Assembly (NCBI GenBank): GCA_046757165.1 | Contig: JBHHXT010000032.1 | Span: 1-35,237, forward strand | From: a bacterium | GTDB taxonomy: Bacteria; Zhuqueibacterota; Zhuqueibacteria; Oceanimicrobiales; Oceanimicrobiaceae | Reading direction: 5' to 3' | Length of the DNA: 35,237 nucleotides | In this document: positions 7,810 to 15,908 of the stretch, piece after piece | Layout: every line of letters begins with the position of its first letter | How positions within the stretch are numbered: the stretch's first letter is position 1 | Notes under the pieces: generated by a model | The model's database searches: none | What the model saw: the letters and a program-made list of their open reading frames with translations, nothing else | What the model was told of the DNA's origin: nothing | Position numbers and translations under genes: made by a program

Positions 7810-9174
7810 TTAGTTCGGATACAAATCTCGGCCCACGGCCTTACTCAGTCTGGCAAGAGCCAGGTTGAATTTGTAGATATTTCGGAAATATTCTGTCTGC
7901 ATCTGTCCGTTTGCCTTGAAGGCATCGATCAACTCCTTCACCTCCCCCACTCCGATGTCAAAAGTCATGGTGGCGGAACGGAGCCAATTGTCGCTGGCTT
8001 TCAAGGCCTTGCGACTCGCGCGCATGTTGGTTTCAGCGCGCTTGAGATCCAGATACGCCTTGTGAACCTCCAGTTTGATGCCGGCTTGCAAAAGATCTTC
8101 CTTGCGCGCCAGCACATTATACTCAGCCTGCTCCGCTCTCACCTTATCCCGGGTCTGAAGAAAATTCAAGTTGAAGTTCAAGCCGAGCACAAACCCGGGT
8201 CGAAAAAAATTGGTTGGATTATGAACGAACGGATTGTTCGAGTCAAAACGATCTTTGGCAAAATTATATTTCACTTGTGCGCCCAAAAAAACCTGCGGGA
8301 AATAGTCGCTTTTGGCCACATTGACCAGAGCTCTCCTCGCATTCAACCCGGAACGCAACCGGGCAATTTCAGGGCGATTGGAAAAAGCCATATCCATATA
8401 GACTGACAGCTCCTCAATGGTCGTCACAATCGGGTCGAGATATTCAGCCGCAATGACTATGCCGACATCTTGCTGCAGGCCAAGCATGCTGCGCAGTTGA
8501 GCTTGCGAAAGCTCGAGGTCATCCAGCGTTTTGCGATGACGTTTGTGTATCTCATAGTCGAATATTTGCAGCTTAAACAGGTCGGTCTGGCTCACTTCTT
8601 CCGACCCTTCATCCAATTTCTCCTGAATTCTGCTATCGGCTTTGTCAACTTCTGTCATGGCGTCCTGAATCACAGCCAGCAGCTCTTTTGCGAGCAGAAG
8701 TGACCAGTACAGCTCACGCACTTGGAGCCGGACTTCCTGCTGTTTGCCCTCCAGTCCGGCCTTCTCCACCTGCACACCGTGCCGAGCGGCCCGGTTGAGA
8801 TTGCTTAGCTTGCCAAAGGTGAAGATTGGCTGCACCAGATTCAGCTCGACTTCGGTGTAATACCTGATGTTGCTGACACGAAAGGTGGTGTCGGGCGAAG
8901 TCAGCACCCCGTTGACAAAAAGCTCGCGTGCACGCGATATTGGCCCCCACACGTTTTTGAGCTCCAGTTTTGGCAGAATGCCGGCGTGCGACGCCTGTGA
9001 TTGCCTGGCCTGCGCTAACTGCAAGTTCATCTCCGCCTCTTTGACGAGATGATTGTTTTCCAGCGCGAACTTTTCACATTGTTTCAGGTCCAGAACAACT
9101 GTCTGCTTTTCCTGGGCAGCGGCATTCAGAGGGTGAACTGCAAGGCACAAAAAGGCGACGCAGTGCTTTACCAT
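7810..9174 (-). CDS. TolC-family outer membrane efflux protein
   Basis: Signal peptide ending AAA-Q; LDLKQCEKFALENN, LVQPIFTFGK, AFSNRPEI, AKSDYFPQV, terminal LARLSKAVG. A purine-rich RBS precedes ATG 9174; the ORF-track extension to 9630 overlaps the upstream gene. Confidence 0.9.
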   Translation of the reverse strand: MVKHCVAFLCLAVHPLNAAAQEKQTVVLDLKQCEKFALENNHLVKEAEMNLQLAQARQSQASHAGILPKLELKNVWGPISRARELFVNGVLTSPDTTFRVSNIRYYTEVELNLVQPIFTFGKLSNLNRAARHGVQVEKAGLEGKQQEVRLQVRELYWSLLLAKELLAVIQDAMTEVDKADSRIQEKLDEGSEEVSQTDLFKLQIFDYEIHKRHRKTLDDLELSQAQLRSMLGLQQDVGIVIAAEYLDPIVTTIEELSVYMDMAFSNRPEIARLRSGLNARRALVNVAKSDYFPQVFLGAQVKYNFAKDRFDSNNPFVHNPTNFFRPGFVLGLNFNLNFLQTRDKVRAEQAEYNVLARKEDLLQAGIKLEVHKAYLDLKRAETNMRASRKALKASDNWLRSATMTFDIGVGEVKELIDAFKANGQMQTEYFRNIYKFNLALARLSKAVGRDLYPN

Positions 9175-9190
9175 GCCTTCCTTTCTTTCC

Positions 9191-10459
9191 TTATTCAGCT
9201 TCCAAATGCTCCTTGACGCCAGAATCTGCTTCGGCGTTTCGGAGCGCCCGAATATCGTCGTAATCAGCGTAGGCCATGGATTTCGTGGAGTTCGCATCCG
9301 ACAAAATGCCGATGCCAATGGGTTTGTCAGGTGGGTCTCCCCCGAAGGTCTTGCGGTAGGCTTCGTAAAGATTGAAGACGTATGTGTGCCACTGGCCAAG
9401 ATTTGCCGCACCGCTTTCAGCAACAACCATCCACGGGCGTCCGGTACCGCTGCGCCGCATGGCTGAGCCAATAGGCAGGGTGGTGCTCCAAACATACTTG
9501 ACAGACTCGGGAATGAGTCCGATCTTCTTGCGATAGATAAAGTAAATGCCGGCCGCGCTGTCGACGGATTTTCCAAACCTTTCATCCCCGCCATCGGGAA
9601 GCTTACGGCCGCGCCAGCGAAACGAGACATAGGGATATTTCTTCAAATTCCACTTCACTTTTTTGCCCAGAATGACAGATTCGCCGTTGTCGTTCGCAGC
9701 CAAATACTGGTTACCGTCCTGGCTTTGAATCTCGTACGGCTTGTTCTTGTTGTTGTCTTTGCTCTTCCAGGTCCACCTTCTCGGCAAGCTTCCGACCTCG
9801 CCCGACTCAAAATCTTCCAGGACGATATAGCCCTCATCCCTCAACTCGCCGATCAAATACGGGAAAGAGTAGTCATCGAAAAGATCGTTGCACAAGGTAT
9901 AGTAATAGCGTAGAAGCGATTCTTTCTTCCCTTTGATGTTGCTTATTTTCCAGCTTCCCTCTGCATCTTTTAGCATGAAAAGCGTGACTGCTGTCGTGCC
10001 CTGCTCGCCGGCAAAAGAGTAGTTCAGCCTGGCAAATTTTTCTTTCAATTCCTTGCTTTGCAGAACCAGCGTCGGCGGAGCAACCTGATTGCTTTGTGCA
10101 ATCAAATAGACAAATTTCTTTTTGATGGATCTCTGAATGGCGCGCTTGAATTCCGCCTGCTCATAACCATTCAATTTTTGCCAGCGCTTCTGCAGAAGTT
10201 GAGGCGCGAACCGCTCGATATCAAATATTTCACCGATGAAGGTCAGGAGACGCGCATCCACGTCATCCCCGTCCGCCTCACTTCGCTGGAAATAAATCTC
10301 AGACAAGACTTTTGTGTAGTGTTCAACAGTCTGTTGCGCATCAAGACCGTTGTCGCCACCCAGCACATTGGCAAACCCGGGACCCGTCATGGCGCACAAA
10401 GCAACCGCGCACAGAACGATGCCGGACAAATCGGTTGATCTATTGGGCAGAAATTTCAA
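9191..10459 (-). CDS. secreted protein: N-terminal MlaC-like domain fused to a C-terminal DUF3047 domain
   Basis: N-half IFDIERFAPQLLQKRW...EQAEF...WKISNIKGKKESLLRYY parallels the MlaC pattern. C-half YPYVSFRWR..LPDGGDE...DSAAGIY...KYVWS...VVAESG...GQW...GIGILSDANST is DUF3047-like. TTG start. Confidence 0.75.
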   Translation of the reverse strand: MKFLPNRSTDLSGIVLCAVALCAMTGPGFANVLGGDNGLDAQQTVEHYTKVLSEIYFQRSEADGDDVDARLLTFIGEIFDIERFAPQLLQKRWQKLNGYEQAEFKRAIQRSIKKKFVYLIAQSNQVAPPTLVLQSKELKEKFARLNYSFAGEQGTTAVTLFMLKDAEGSWKISNIKGKKESLLRYYYTLCNDLFDDYSFPYLIGELRDEGYIVLEDFESGEVGSLPRRWTWKSKDNNKNKPYEIQSQDGNQYLAANDNGESVILGKKVKWNLKKYPYVSFRWRGRKLPDGGDERFGKSVDSAAGIYFIYRKKIGLIPESVKYVWSTTLPIGSAMRRSGTGRPWMVVAESGAANLGQWHTYVFNLYEAYRKTFGGDPPDKPIGIGILSDANSTKSMAYADYDDIRALRNAEADSGVKEHLEAE

Positions 10460-10651
10460 AGACTCAATCCCTTATTCCAGTTCGAAAACGATGGCTGCAG
10501 CTCCCCCATTCCGTGCAGCTAATTCATTCTATGCTACTCACCACAGTAAATGGAAGTTCCAAGATTTAAGCAAAGGCTTGCGGACAATCGGGTGCAGATG
10601 AAGCTTATGTGAGACTTGAATTGAATGGGGCGAGGTCGAGAATCGGACGAG

Positions 10652-11725
10652 TTATGTCCCCTGACAGTTTTCGCAAAGCGTACCGGCCAAATCCCGATCC
10701 TTCATCCTCTGCCGGTACGCTCGGTAGTCGGCGCCATTCCAGATGTCCTTGATCGACTCTTCGTGAATGTTGCCAAATACGGCTGAACGCTCCCAGTCAA
10801 CGCAGCAGAGCACCATGTCTCCATTCCAGAGAATCCAGGCACGCCAGTAGGGAATGGTGCAATAGTGTGCGTACCTCCACTCCACGTCATCGCTTGCCAT
10901 TGCGCTGGTATCGACAATGTCAGGGTTGGCGCGGTTGTCGAGCTGGCGCCCTTTGAAACGAATACCGCGCGTTTTCCAGAAGTGCTTCGTTTGGTCGAGC
11001 TGTGCCTGAACCTCTTTGGTCAGCACCGCCCAGACCTCGATGTGAGGGTTCTTCGCGCCGAGTTCCTCTTTGATGCGCACCAACCGTTCGATGTTCTCGA
11101 TCACGGTCTCGAATGTCGGCCCTTGCATGATATCGTCGTAGATCTGCTTATCAACCCCGTGTACGCTAAAGACGATATACTCCAGCCCGGCCCTGATCAA
11201 ATTGTAGGCACGTTCCTCGGTCAGGAGGCCACCATTGGTAATGATTTTTGTTTTCGGATAAATCTTTCTTCTGCGCACAGCGCGGATGATCGCAATGCGT
11301 TCGTGCAGGTGCTTATCCACGAGCGGGTCGTTCTGCAAATAGGGGCTGAGCACCTTGACCCTGTTGTCGACCGCCTCTTTGACGATGCGCTCAAAAGTCG
11401 CATTATTCATTCGCCCCTTGATTTGGTTTTGCTCACGTCCCATCGGGCAAAAGACGCACCGGGCGTTACACCCGTACTGCGTTTGCACCTGGATGATTTG
11501 TGGGAATGAAGGCGTAAAAGTGGTAAAACAGTAGTACTTGAGGTACTCCATAAAGGGGACAGAGGCGGCTGCGGGCCCGGCGGGCATCAACCTTTGCCGC
11601 ACCTTCTTGAGCTGGCGGGTAAGGGTAAATCTATGTGACGTATCAACTAGCATAAACTCGGCTGCCAGCTTTCTTGCTTGTCGATCTGCTTGTGCTCTTT
11701 CGGGTACATACGTTTTCCTGGTCAA
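10652..11725 (-). CDS. radical SAM protein with SPASM/twitch C-terminal domain
   Basis: CNARCVFC, ITNGGLL, C-terminal CTIPY...WNGDMVLCCVD...GNI...IWNG...CENC. The TTG start overlaps the upstream TGA, with an AAGGAAGG RBS. Confidence 0.9.
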   Translation of the reverse strand: MTRKTYVPERAQADRQARKLAAEFMLVDTSHRFTLTRQLKKVRQRLMPAGPAAASVPFMEYLKYYCFTTFTPSFPQIIQVQTQYGCNARCVFCPMGREQNQIKGRMNNATFERIVKEAVDNRVKVLSPYLQNDPLVDKHLHERIAIIRAVRRRKIYPKTKIITNGGLLTEERAYNLIRAGLEYIVFSVHGVDKQIYDDIMQGPTFETVIENIERLVRIKEELGAKNPHIEVWAVLTKEVQAQLDQTKHFWKTRGIRFKGRQLDNRANPDIVDTSAMASDDVEWRYAHYCTIPYWRAWILWNGDMVLCCVDWERSAVFGNIHEESIKDIWNGADYRAYRQRMKDRDLAGTLCENCQGT

Positions 11726-13254
11726 TCCCTTCCTTGCATCGCAAGCCGGTGGCGATTGCTTTTCGCCAGCAAGACGGTAACAGAGATCGGGATGCCAACA
11801 ACGATGATACAGAGAAAAAGCATGAGTGCAGCATAAAAAACTGTGAGGTTGCCACTAAGCAGCACCAACATGGCTGCGAACGAAAAGAGATCCCTGCGTC
11901 CGAAATGATGGATGATGCCAAACAATTTCAAATACCATACCTTCTGGCCGGAATGGTTGAGAGAAGCAATCCCCTCGTCCAGCGTACGCAGGCTGGCGGA
12001 CCCTTGCTTCTTCACAAAAATACGCGCCATATTGAGCGCAAAGAGCAGACCCAGCACCATGAACCCGGTCACATAAAAAACGATCGGGTTGCCGGTGGCA
12101 TGATACACGCCGACGGTTATGCCGATGATGAAACTAACATAGGAAAGATGGTCCGTCAGGGTATCAACAAACGCACCCCGCTTCGAATCCCTGAGCTTGA
12201 TCACAGCGACTTCACCGTCACATCCATCGAGCACGGAGGCGAGTTGAAACAGGACGCCGCCGAGAATGGTCGTCGCGGGTTTTCCCAAAGAAACCAGCCA
12301 CGCAACAAAGAATGAAAAGAAGAGGTTGAGCACCGAAATCTGATTGGGCGTAATCGGTGTTTTCAGCAACCACTTCGTGATGCGGTTGGAGATTCTGCGG
12401 TTGAGGGTTCTGGCGATAATCCCGTCGTCTTTTGAGCGGGTCGACCGCAGCAGCAACCGCTCCGCATAACGGGCGTCCGGGATGGTGTCGACATCTTGCC
12501 AAAAGCAGTCGCCGATATCCACCGTTCGCATTCTGCCGTCCTGCGCCAGCACGCGAATGCCGCCGGAAAGCGAATAATCGCCACTGTCCTGGCTCTGACG
12601 CAACGCATCGAACAATTCAGGGGTACAGACGAAAATGCCGACATCGATCGCATTGAAATCGGTAAGACTCTTATCCAGATTGATCAACCGGTTGTTCTCG
12701 GTACGCACCTTGGTGGCATCATCCAAATTGGGAACACGGGTCAGATTGTAGTCAACGCAGAGCAGACCCTCATCCTTGCCAAGGTCCACATCTTTGATTC
12801 GATTCAAAATCTTGTGGTCAAAAATATGGTCGGACATGAAGAGCAGAAAGTTGCCATAGACGTAACGCTCAGCCTTCAACACCGACAAGCCGTTCGGTTT
12901 CCGCCAGTCGACATTTCTAACCCAGGTGATCTTCACCCCTAACTTCTTCGAGTTGATGGCCTTACGGATGCGGGCAGCCTGGTAGCCAATGACGATGACG
13001 AACTCCGTAATTCCGATTTTCTTTGCGGATAAAATGACGCGCTGTAACAAGTGAATCCCCCCAACCTTCAACAACGGCTTCGGGCAGCCATTTTGATAGC
13101 CTTGCAAACGGCTCCCGTTGCCGGCCGCGATGATAACAGCCTTGGTTATCGGGCTGCGGCCATGGCCTCTAAAAAGATCGGATCTCAGGATGGACGGATC
13201 TTCGGCAGGCACGTATGCAAAATACGCACTATTTCCTCGCAGATTCAAGCCCAT
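11722..13254 (-). CDS. bifunctional NTP transferase / CDP-alcohol phosphotransferase (IPCT/DIPPS-like)
   Basis: AVIIAAGNGSRL...PKPLLKVGG, MSDH, DDATKV, WQDVDT; then NRRIS, ITPNQIS, LDGCDGEVA...GAFVDTLTD and several TM helices. Confidence 0.88.
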   Translation of the reverse strand: MGLNLRGNSAYFAYVPAEDPSILRSDLFRGHGRSPITKAVIIAAGNGSRLQGYQNGCPKPLLKVGGIHLLQRVILSAKKIGITEFVIVIGYQAARIRKAINSKKLGVKITWVRNVDWRKPNGLSVLKAERYVYGNFLLFMSDHIFDHKILNRIKDVDLGKDEGLLCVDYNLTRVPNLDDATKVRTENNRLINLDKSLTDFNAIDVGIFVCTPELFDALRQSQDSGDYSLSGGIRVLAQDGRMRTVDIGDCFWQDVDTIPDARYAERLLLRSTRSKDDGIIARTLNRRISNRITKWLLKTPITPNQISVLNLFFSFFVAWLVSLGKPATTILGGVLFQLASVLDGCDGEVAVIKLRDSKRGAFVDTLTDHLSYVSFIIGITVGVYHATGNPIVFYVTGFMVLGLLFALNMARIFVKKQGSASLRTLDEGIASLNHSGQKVWYLKLFGIIHHFGRRDLFSFAAMLVLLSGNLTVFYAALMLFLCIIVVGIPISVTVLLAKSNRHRLAMQGRD

Positions 13255-13369
13255 TTTCTCTCCACTCCGGTAGTTTGTAAGTTCAGCTCTCTATTGAAAC
13301 AACAAGGTGGGAAACAACCTCCACCCGACCAAGTCCGTCTGATCAGAATATTTAGCAAATTAAGCCGTC

Positions 13370-13398
13370 AATATACAAAATCTTTCCCTGTATGTCAA
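13370..13398 (-). promoter_or_regulatory. proximal sigma70-type promoter of the IPCT/DIPPS-like cluster
   Basis: Minus strand TTGACA-17 nt-TATATT. Confidence 0.75.
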
Positions 13399-13511
13399 GC
13401 AAATCTCTTGGCGAGTGAAAAAATGCTCCCAAACCCGTTCGCAAAATTATCCTCGCCATTGCTTTCGGTGCCGAACATGTGGATTGTGCCGGCTGCGGCA
13501 AAAGTGCACAA

Positions 13512-13540
13512 AAGTTAGCAATGTTCGTTCGAAATGTCAA
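13512..13540 (-). promoter_or_regulatory. distal sigma70-type promoter (extended -10)
   Basis: Minus strand TTGACA-17 nt-TAACTT with TG preceding the -10. Confidence 0.6.
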
Positions 13541-13653
13541 GAAGAATGCTAAAGAATCTTAACATTCTTTACCGCTCTGGATGCACCAAATCCTGGTGCC
13601 ACTCTCAGGCATGAAAGGAGCATGAAGTCGCGTTTAGGGGAGGGCCAGAGGAA

Positions 13654-15279
13654 TCAAAGATATGTTTTTCGAAACAAGGCCTTTGTTGCAGCGGGCAAGG
13701 CCCTCAGCCTGGTCCAGAAGGAAGGACCGTGCAGAAGAAGGATGAACGTTTTGAGATCTTGCACCAGGCGCTTACTATATTTGAACCACCAGACATCGTT
13801 CTCTGCCAAAGGTTTGTAGATGAAACGCAAAAGCGAGGGCATGACTTTTCTGTCCGTGCTGATGTACTTCGGATGCACCATCTCCATCATGCCCCAGGGC
13901 CCGTGACTGACGCCCAGCCCGCTGCTCTTGTACCCGGTGTACGGTGCCTCAAACTGAGCCAGGTGGGCGAGGACTTCGTTGATCAACACCGCGCCGGACT
14001 GAATTCTTGCCGCTAACCTTTGCCCGCGTTTCAGATCTCTGGTCCAGATAGTGGCAGAGAGACCAAACTCCGAATCATTGGCGAGCGCAACAGCTTCTTC
14101 ATCGCTGGCAAAGGGCATGACCGAAAGCACCGGGCCAAACACCTCCTGTCGCGCAATGTCCATAGAATCATCGACATTGGTCAGGATGGTTGGGGGAAAA
14201 TAGAGCCCGGTGTGGTCCGGGCGGGTGTTCCCCCCCAAACGAACCATCGCCCCCTTGCCGGCGGCATCTTTGACCAGCGCCTGGATCTTTTGAAATTGCA
14301 GCTCGTTGTTCAAACTGGCGACATCGCCTTCGGTCTGCTCTCCGCGGCTTGGCCGGAGCCCATGCGCCTTTTGCACCAACTGCTCAACGAATGGCTCGAA
14401 GATGGTTTCATGCACATAGAGCCGCTCCACAGAGACACAAGTCTGTCCGGCATTGCTGAAGGCCCCCCACAACGCCCCATTGACCGCTCGCTCGAGATAG
14501 GCGTCCTCGAGCACGATCATCGGGTCGCTTCCCCCCAGCTCCATATTAACCGGCACCAGGTTTTGCGCCGCGGACTGATAAATCTTCCTGCCAACGCTGG
14601 TGCTGCCTGTAAAGAATATCTTGTCGACTTTCGCGGCGACCAGCGCCTGCCCAACATCCGCAAACCCGGTCACGACGGTTAGAACATTCCTGGGCAAATA
14701 GGCCCGGTCGAATATCTCCCGAATCTCGAGTCCCGTAAGGGTCGTATACTCCGACGGCTTGTGAATCACCACATTACCGGCAAGAAGAGCCGGCACGATG
14801 TGCTGCATGGCGAGCAGAAATGGATAATTCCAGGGGGAAATCACCGCAACCACGCCTAAAGGCTCATAACGAACATACCCTCGCCGCAGTTTTAGCAGCG
14901 GGTTGAGCGCGCGGATATTCTGCTCGTTGAGAAGCTTCCTGGCATGTTTGCCATAATACTTGAAACAGTCCAGAACAGGTAAGATTTCACTGGAATAAGC
15001 CTCGGCTAATGGCTTGCCCGTTTCTTCTGAAATGAGAGAGGCGAGCTCCTCCCGGTGCGCATAGAACTCGAGGTAGGCCTTGTTGAACAGCTCCAACCGC
15101 GTCTCGAGCGACAGACCCGACCACTGTTCAAAAGCAGACCTGGATTTTGCCAGAACTGTGGGGAGTTCGGAGCACAGCGTGGGAGTAAATGCGCCGATGG
15201 CACGTCCGGTTGCAGGATTAACGGATGGAACCGCGGCGGCATCTCGATCGACTGCGACTGCCGTTCGAGTTGGCGTCAT
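13654..15279 (-). CDS. aldehyde dehydrogenase family protein
   Basis: ISPWNYP, KPSE, FTGSTSVG, MELGGSD (catalytic Glu), NAGQTCVS (catalytic Cys), EVFGP; AAGGAG RBS. Confidence 0.95.
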   Translation of the reverse strand: MTPTRTAVAVDRDAAAVPSVNPATGRAIGAFTPTLCSELPTVLAKSRSAFEQWSGLSLETRLELFNKAYLEFYAHREELASLISEETGKPLAEAYSSEILPVLDCFKYYGKHARKLLNEQNIRALNPLLKLRRGYVRYEPLGVVAVISPWNYPFLLAMQHIVPALLAGNVVIHKPSEYTTLTGLEIREIFDRAYLPRNVLTVVTGFADVGQALVAAKVDKIFFTGSTSVGRKIYQSAAQNLVPVNMELGGSDPMIVLEDAYLERAVNGALWGAFSNAGQTCVSVERLYVHETIFEPFVEQLVQKAHGLRPSRGEQTEGDVASLNNELQFQKIQALVKDAAGKGAMVRLGGNTRPDHTGLYFPPTILTNVDDSMDIARQEVFGPVLSVMPFASDEEAVALANDSEFGLSATIWTRDLKRGQRLAARIQSGAVLINEVLAHLAQFEAPYTGYKSSGLGVSHGPWGMMEMVHPKYISTDRKVMPSLLRFIYKPLAENDVWWFKYSKRLVQDLKTFILLLHGPSFWTRLRALPAATKALFRKTYL

Positions 15280-15313
15280 TGCGAAGACTCCTTATTCTCA
15301 TGAAGCCGTGGCA

Positions 15314-15544
15314 TCAGCTCAAAGCAAGGAATTTCACCATCTCATCATCCAGAAATTTGCCGTGCTCGTCATTGAGCGGGTCCAGGCGATACTCATTCAT
15401 CAACATAAGCTGCTGGCCGACCCAACTCTGCCAGCACCCTTCGCACGTCTGCTGCAACACCTTCTGACCCAATTCACCGGGAAGCGGCGCTTCGCTCAAG
15501 GCGGGGGTATCCTGCTTGCATTTTGAACAATGCACAGTGGCCAT
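15314..15544 (-). CDS. yggX: Fe(II)-trafficking / oxidative damage protection protein (YggX family)
   Basis: TVHC...PLPGELGQKV...WQSW...QLMLMNEYRL...FL..EM.KFL. Confidence 0.85.
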   Translation of the reverse strand: MATVHCSKCKQDTPALSEAPLPGELGQKVLQQTCEGCWQSWVGQQLMLMNEYRLDPLNDEHGKFLDDEMVKFLALS

Positions 15545-15659
15545 AACGATTCAGGGGGTTAGAGTGTTAGGCTGTAGGTTGATTAAGTTTTGGGCAATGC
15601 TCCAGTGCCAAAACCGTTTCAGTCTCTTATTATTCTTATTATTCTTGACTCGCAGTGGT

Positions 15660-15688
15660 TATGTAACGGAAAATCTCAAGAAAGTCAA
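15660..15688 (-). promoter_or_regulatory. sigma70-type promoter for yggX-aldehyde dehydrogenase
   Basis: Minus strand TTGACT-17 nt-TACATA. Confidence 0.5.
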
Positions 15689-15726
15689 GCGATTTCAGCC
15701 GGGCTTCACTCTTTAAAAAAACGTCA

Positions 15727-15743
15727 TGTTTCAATCTGAAACA
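15727..15743. promoter_or_regulatory. perfect palindrome TGTTTCA-ATC-TGAAACA, candidate enhancer-binding-protein site (UAS)
   Basis: 7-3-7 dyad of TGT-N11-ACA form, ~140 bp upstream of a -24/-12-like element. Confidence 0.6.
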
Positions 15744-15882
15744 GTGTCAGGAAATGAACGCCAGTTTTTGCGAAATTCTAATAATATTATAACGATATCT
15801 TCGATCACAATATCGGCTTAACTATCTGCAACTATAGATCTTATATCGTTTTTGTCGACTCCCCATATTGCCAAAACAATCG

Positions 15883-15897
15883 TGGCACAAAAGTTGT
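15883..15897 (+). promoter_or_regulatory. sigma54-type -24/-12 promoter (TGGCAC-AAAAG-TTGT)
   Basis: Matches TGGCAC-N5-TTGC except for the last C to T. It points towards a terminator with no convincing protein gene in between. Confidence 0.55.
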
Positions 15898-15908
15898 TAA
15901 GAACTTAT

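Noticed and set aside
9175..9630. 152-aa N-terminal extension of the TolC ORF
   Set aside because: It overlaps the DUF3047 gene on the same strand; the RBS and signal peptide point to ATG 9174.
13583..13599. NtrC box or sigma54 promoter at GCACCA-N5-TGGTGC
   Set aside because: The spacing is 2 bp longer than the NtrC consensus, and the minus-strand TGGCAC is not followed by TTGC at the right distance; kept only as an unassigned dyad.
15594..15610. minus-strand TGGCAC-N7-TTGC upstream of yggX as a sigma54 promoter
   Set aside because: GG-to-GC spacing is 12 nt rather than the strict 10.
15626..15646. short tandem repeat CTTATTATT x2
   Set aside because: Low-complexity AT-rich sequence with only two units; not CRISPR-like or a convincing phase-variable tract.
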